A DNA stretch of 64,000 nucleotides from Cercozoa sp. M6MM (Eukaryota > Protista > Endomyxa: Ascetosporea). Shown piece by piece: positions 62,673-64,000 of the stretch. Positions within the stretch are counted from its first letter, which is position 1; the number at the start of each line of letters is the position of its first letter. The notes under the pieces are model-generated. The model saw only the letters and a list, made by a program, of their open reading frames with translations, did no database searches and was not told the DNA's origin. The stretch lies in assembly GCA_040357565.1 (NCBI GenBank), contig JBDODJ010000002.1; one strand, given 5' to 3'. Position numbers and translations under genes: made by a program.

Positions 62673-64000
62673 TCCACACATTTGATCACTTGAAACAGTG
62701 GGGTGCGCAAGATACAGTGAAGTTGGCCCACTGCGCGAATTTCATGACCTCGCCTGTTTTGGTCACGTCCGATGCACTTCACGCCACAACGAAATACACC
62801 ACGTATATGGACAATTCAGTCGACAAATCAGGGTGGTACAGGTTGTTGGGACAGTTAGGGTAGGCAGGAGGCATGACGCCAGAAGCAGGTGTCACAATGA
62901 CGTCACATTCCTCAGCGAACAAACGCATCGCATCCTTCATGCACCGATCGCGAACACGCTGCGCCTGTCCGACATATTTCGCATCGACGCTGCGCAAGGC
63001 ACCTAAACAAGGAACGTACCTGAATGTAACTCACAGCATCGGCTTGTTCGGCAAGAGAGAGAATGATGCGCGACGTTGGGTTCATGCGCCACTTCTACTC
63101 CTCCAACAGCACAATCGGCACCCATCAGTGTTACAACAGGGCAGCACGAATGATACGTTGGCAGCAAACTCGGGCAAACCAGAAACAGCAGCGCGCATCT
63201 CGGTGATGATTGTCAGCGTGTGCGCGATCCGCGACTAATTTTGAAACGGTTGTAGCATATTATATTAGTACGTAGTTAGAGGGACTACCAATGGGATATC
63301 ACGCATACGAATAGGCACAATCGTGGCACCTAGGTCACGAAGCGACTCGATTGATTGCGCGAACGCCGTTTTTGTCGTCCTAAAGTCATTGAAAGAGTAC
63401 ACAGATCCACAAAAAGATCGTAAAACACACTCGCAAACGACGTCGTTGGTCCAATCCTCGAAAACGCCAACACGCAGACCTTCAAGTGACGTCTTCAAAC
63501 AGGGTAATGCACGCATAAACGAAGCTGCACGGCCACAAAAAGATTCGTGTACTGTGAGGGTGTGAAACGGAGACGGCGCCACCAGTCCGTGTCGGTCGCC
63601 GTCAGTTTCATCGGGAGCACCTTTCGCCAGGAAGGCATACGCGATGGCAGCATCGCTTGCCGTGGCACACAGGGCGCATACCAGGGTAGCGTATAACATG
63701 CACTCTCGTACAAACCACAAACCAAGATACCAGCATGTCCGATCGTCCATGCGACGTGGAAGCTCGAGGTTCCGTCAATGCGACCGAAAGTTGCCTACCC
63801 AAAGCTGCCCTGCGTTTTATACAGAGTGGAAATAAATTCACCTTCAGCCCGACACCTCCACAGAACGCAGCAGGCAGACGAATGCTACCTCCGCCGTCAC
63901 AGCCTGTGATAGTGTTTCTTATGGATACATCGTGGAATTACCCACGTCGTACCAATGGCAAGTGGAACGAGGCCGGCCGCCACCGCTGACGCACTGCCGC
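62311..64000 (-). CDS. Amidase signature family, fatty acid amide hydrolase-like (5'-partial)
   Basis: GSASAVAAGLVPLAIG, CDGGGSIRLPAAFCGGVGLK, LRVGVF, CDVIVTP, ANFTGVPGITFPVAYD, WREDLCLRVA. Confidence 0.9.

Overview
Gene-dense eukaryotic (protist-like) genomic DNA, not prokaryotic. About 22 protein-coding genes are broken by many short GT-AG introns (about 50-95 nt), so most ORFs in the six-frame track are exon fragments or spurious. I spliced genes by hand. Recognisable products: a 5'-truncated MYCBP2-type RING-Cys-relay E3 ligase fused to four HECTD1-like discoidin domains, a JMJD7-like JmjC hydroxylase, an NHE/NHX Na+/H+ exchanger, HIBCH, GUP1/HHAT-like and DGAT1 MBOATs, an IMP peptidase, a metaxin-like protein, TSEN54, an ENTH/epsin protein, Old Yellow Enzyme, a protoglobin-type globin, ELMOD, PP2C, RPB9, an OTU deubiquitinase, an RGS-domain protein and a FAAH-like amidase, plus several orphans. 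The top finding, not recognisable from the ORF track, is a complete 7-exon gene (minus strand, 30350-31363). It encodes a bacterial/phage-type tail-collar (MdpB/COG4675-like) protein with six spliceosomal introns and sits between DGAT1 and TSEN54. Also present: two solo-LTR-like copies with 4-bp target-site duplications, intronic minisatellites and several small repeat or hairpin structures. Family calls come from motif recognition only, with no database searches; exon boundaries and some start codons are provisional.
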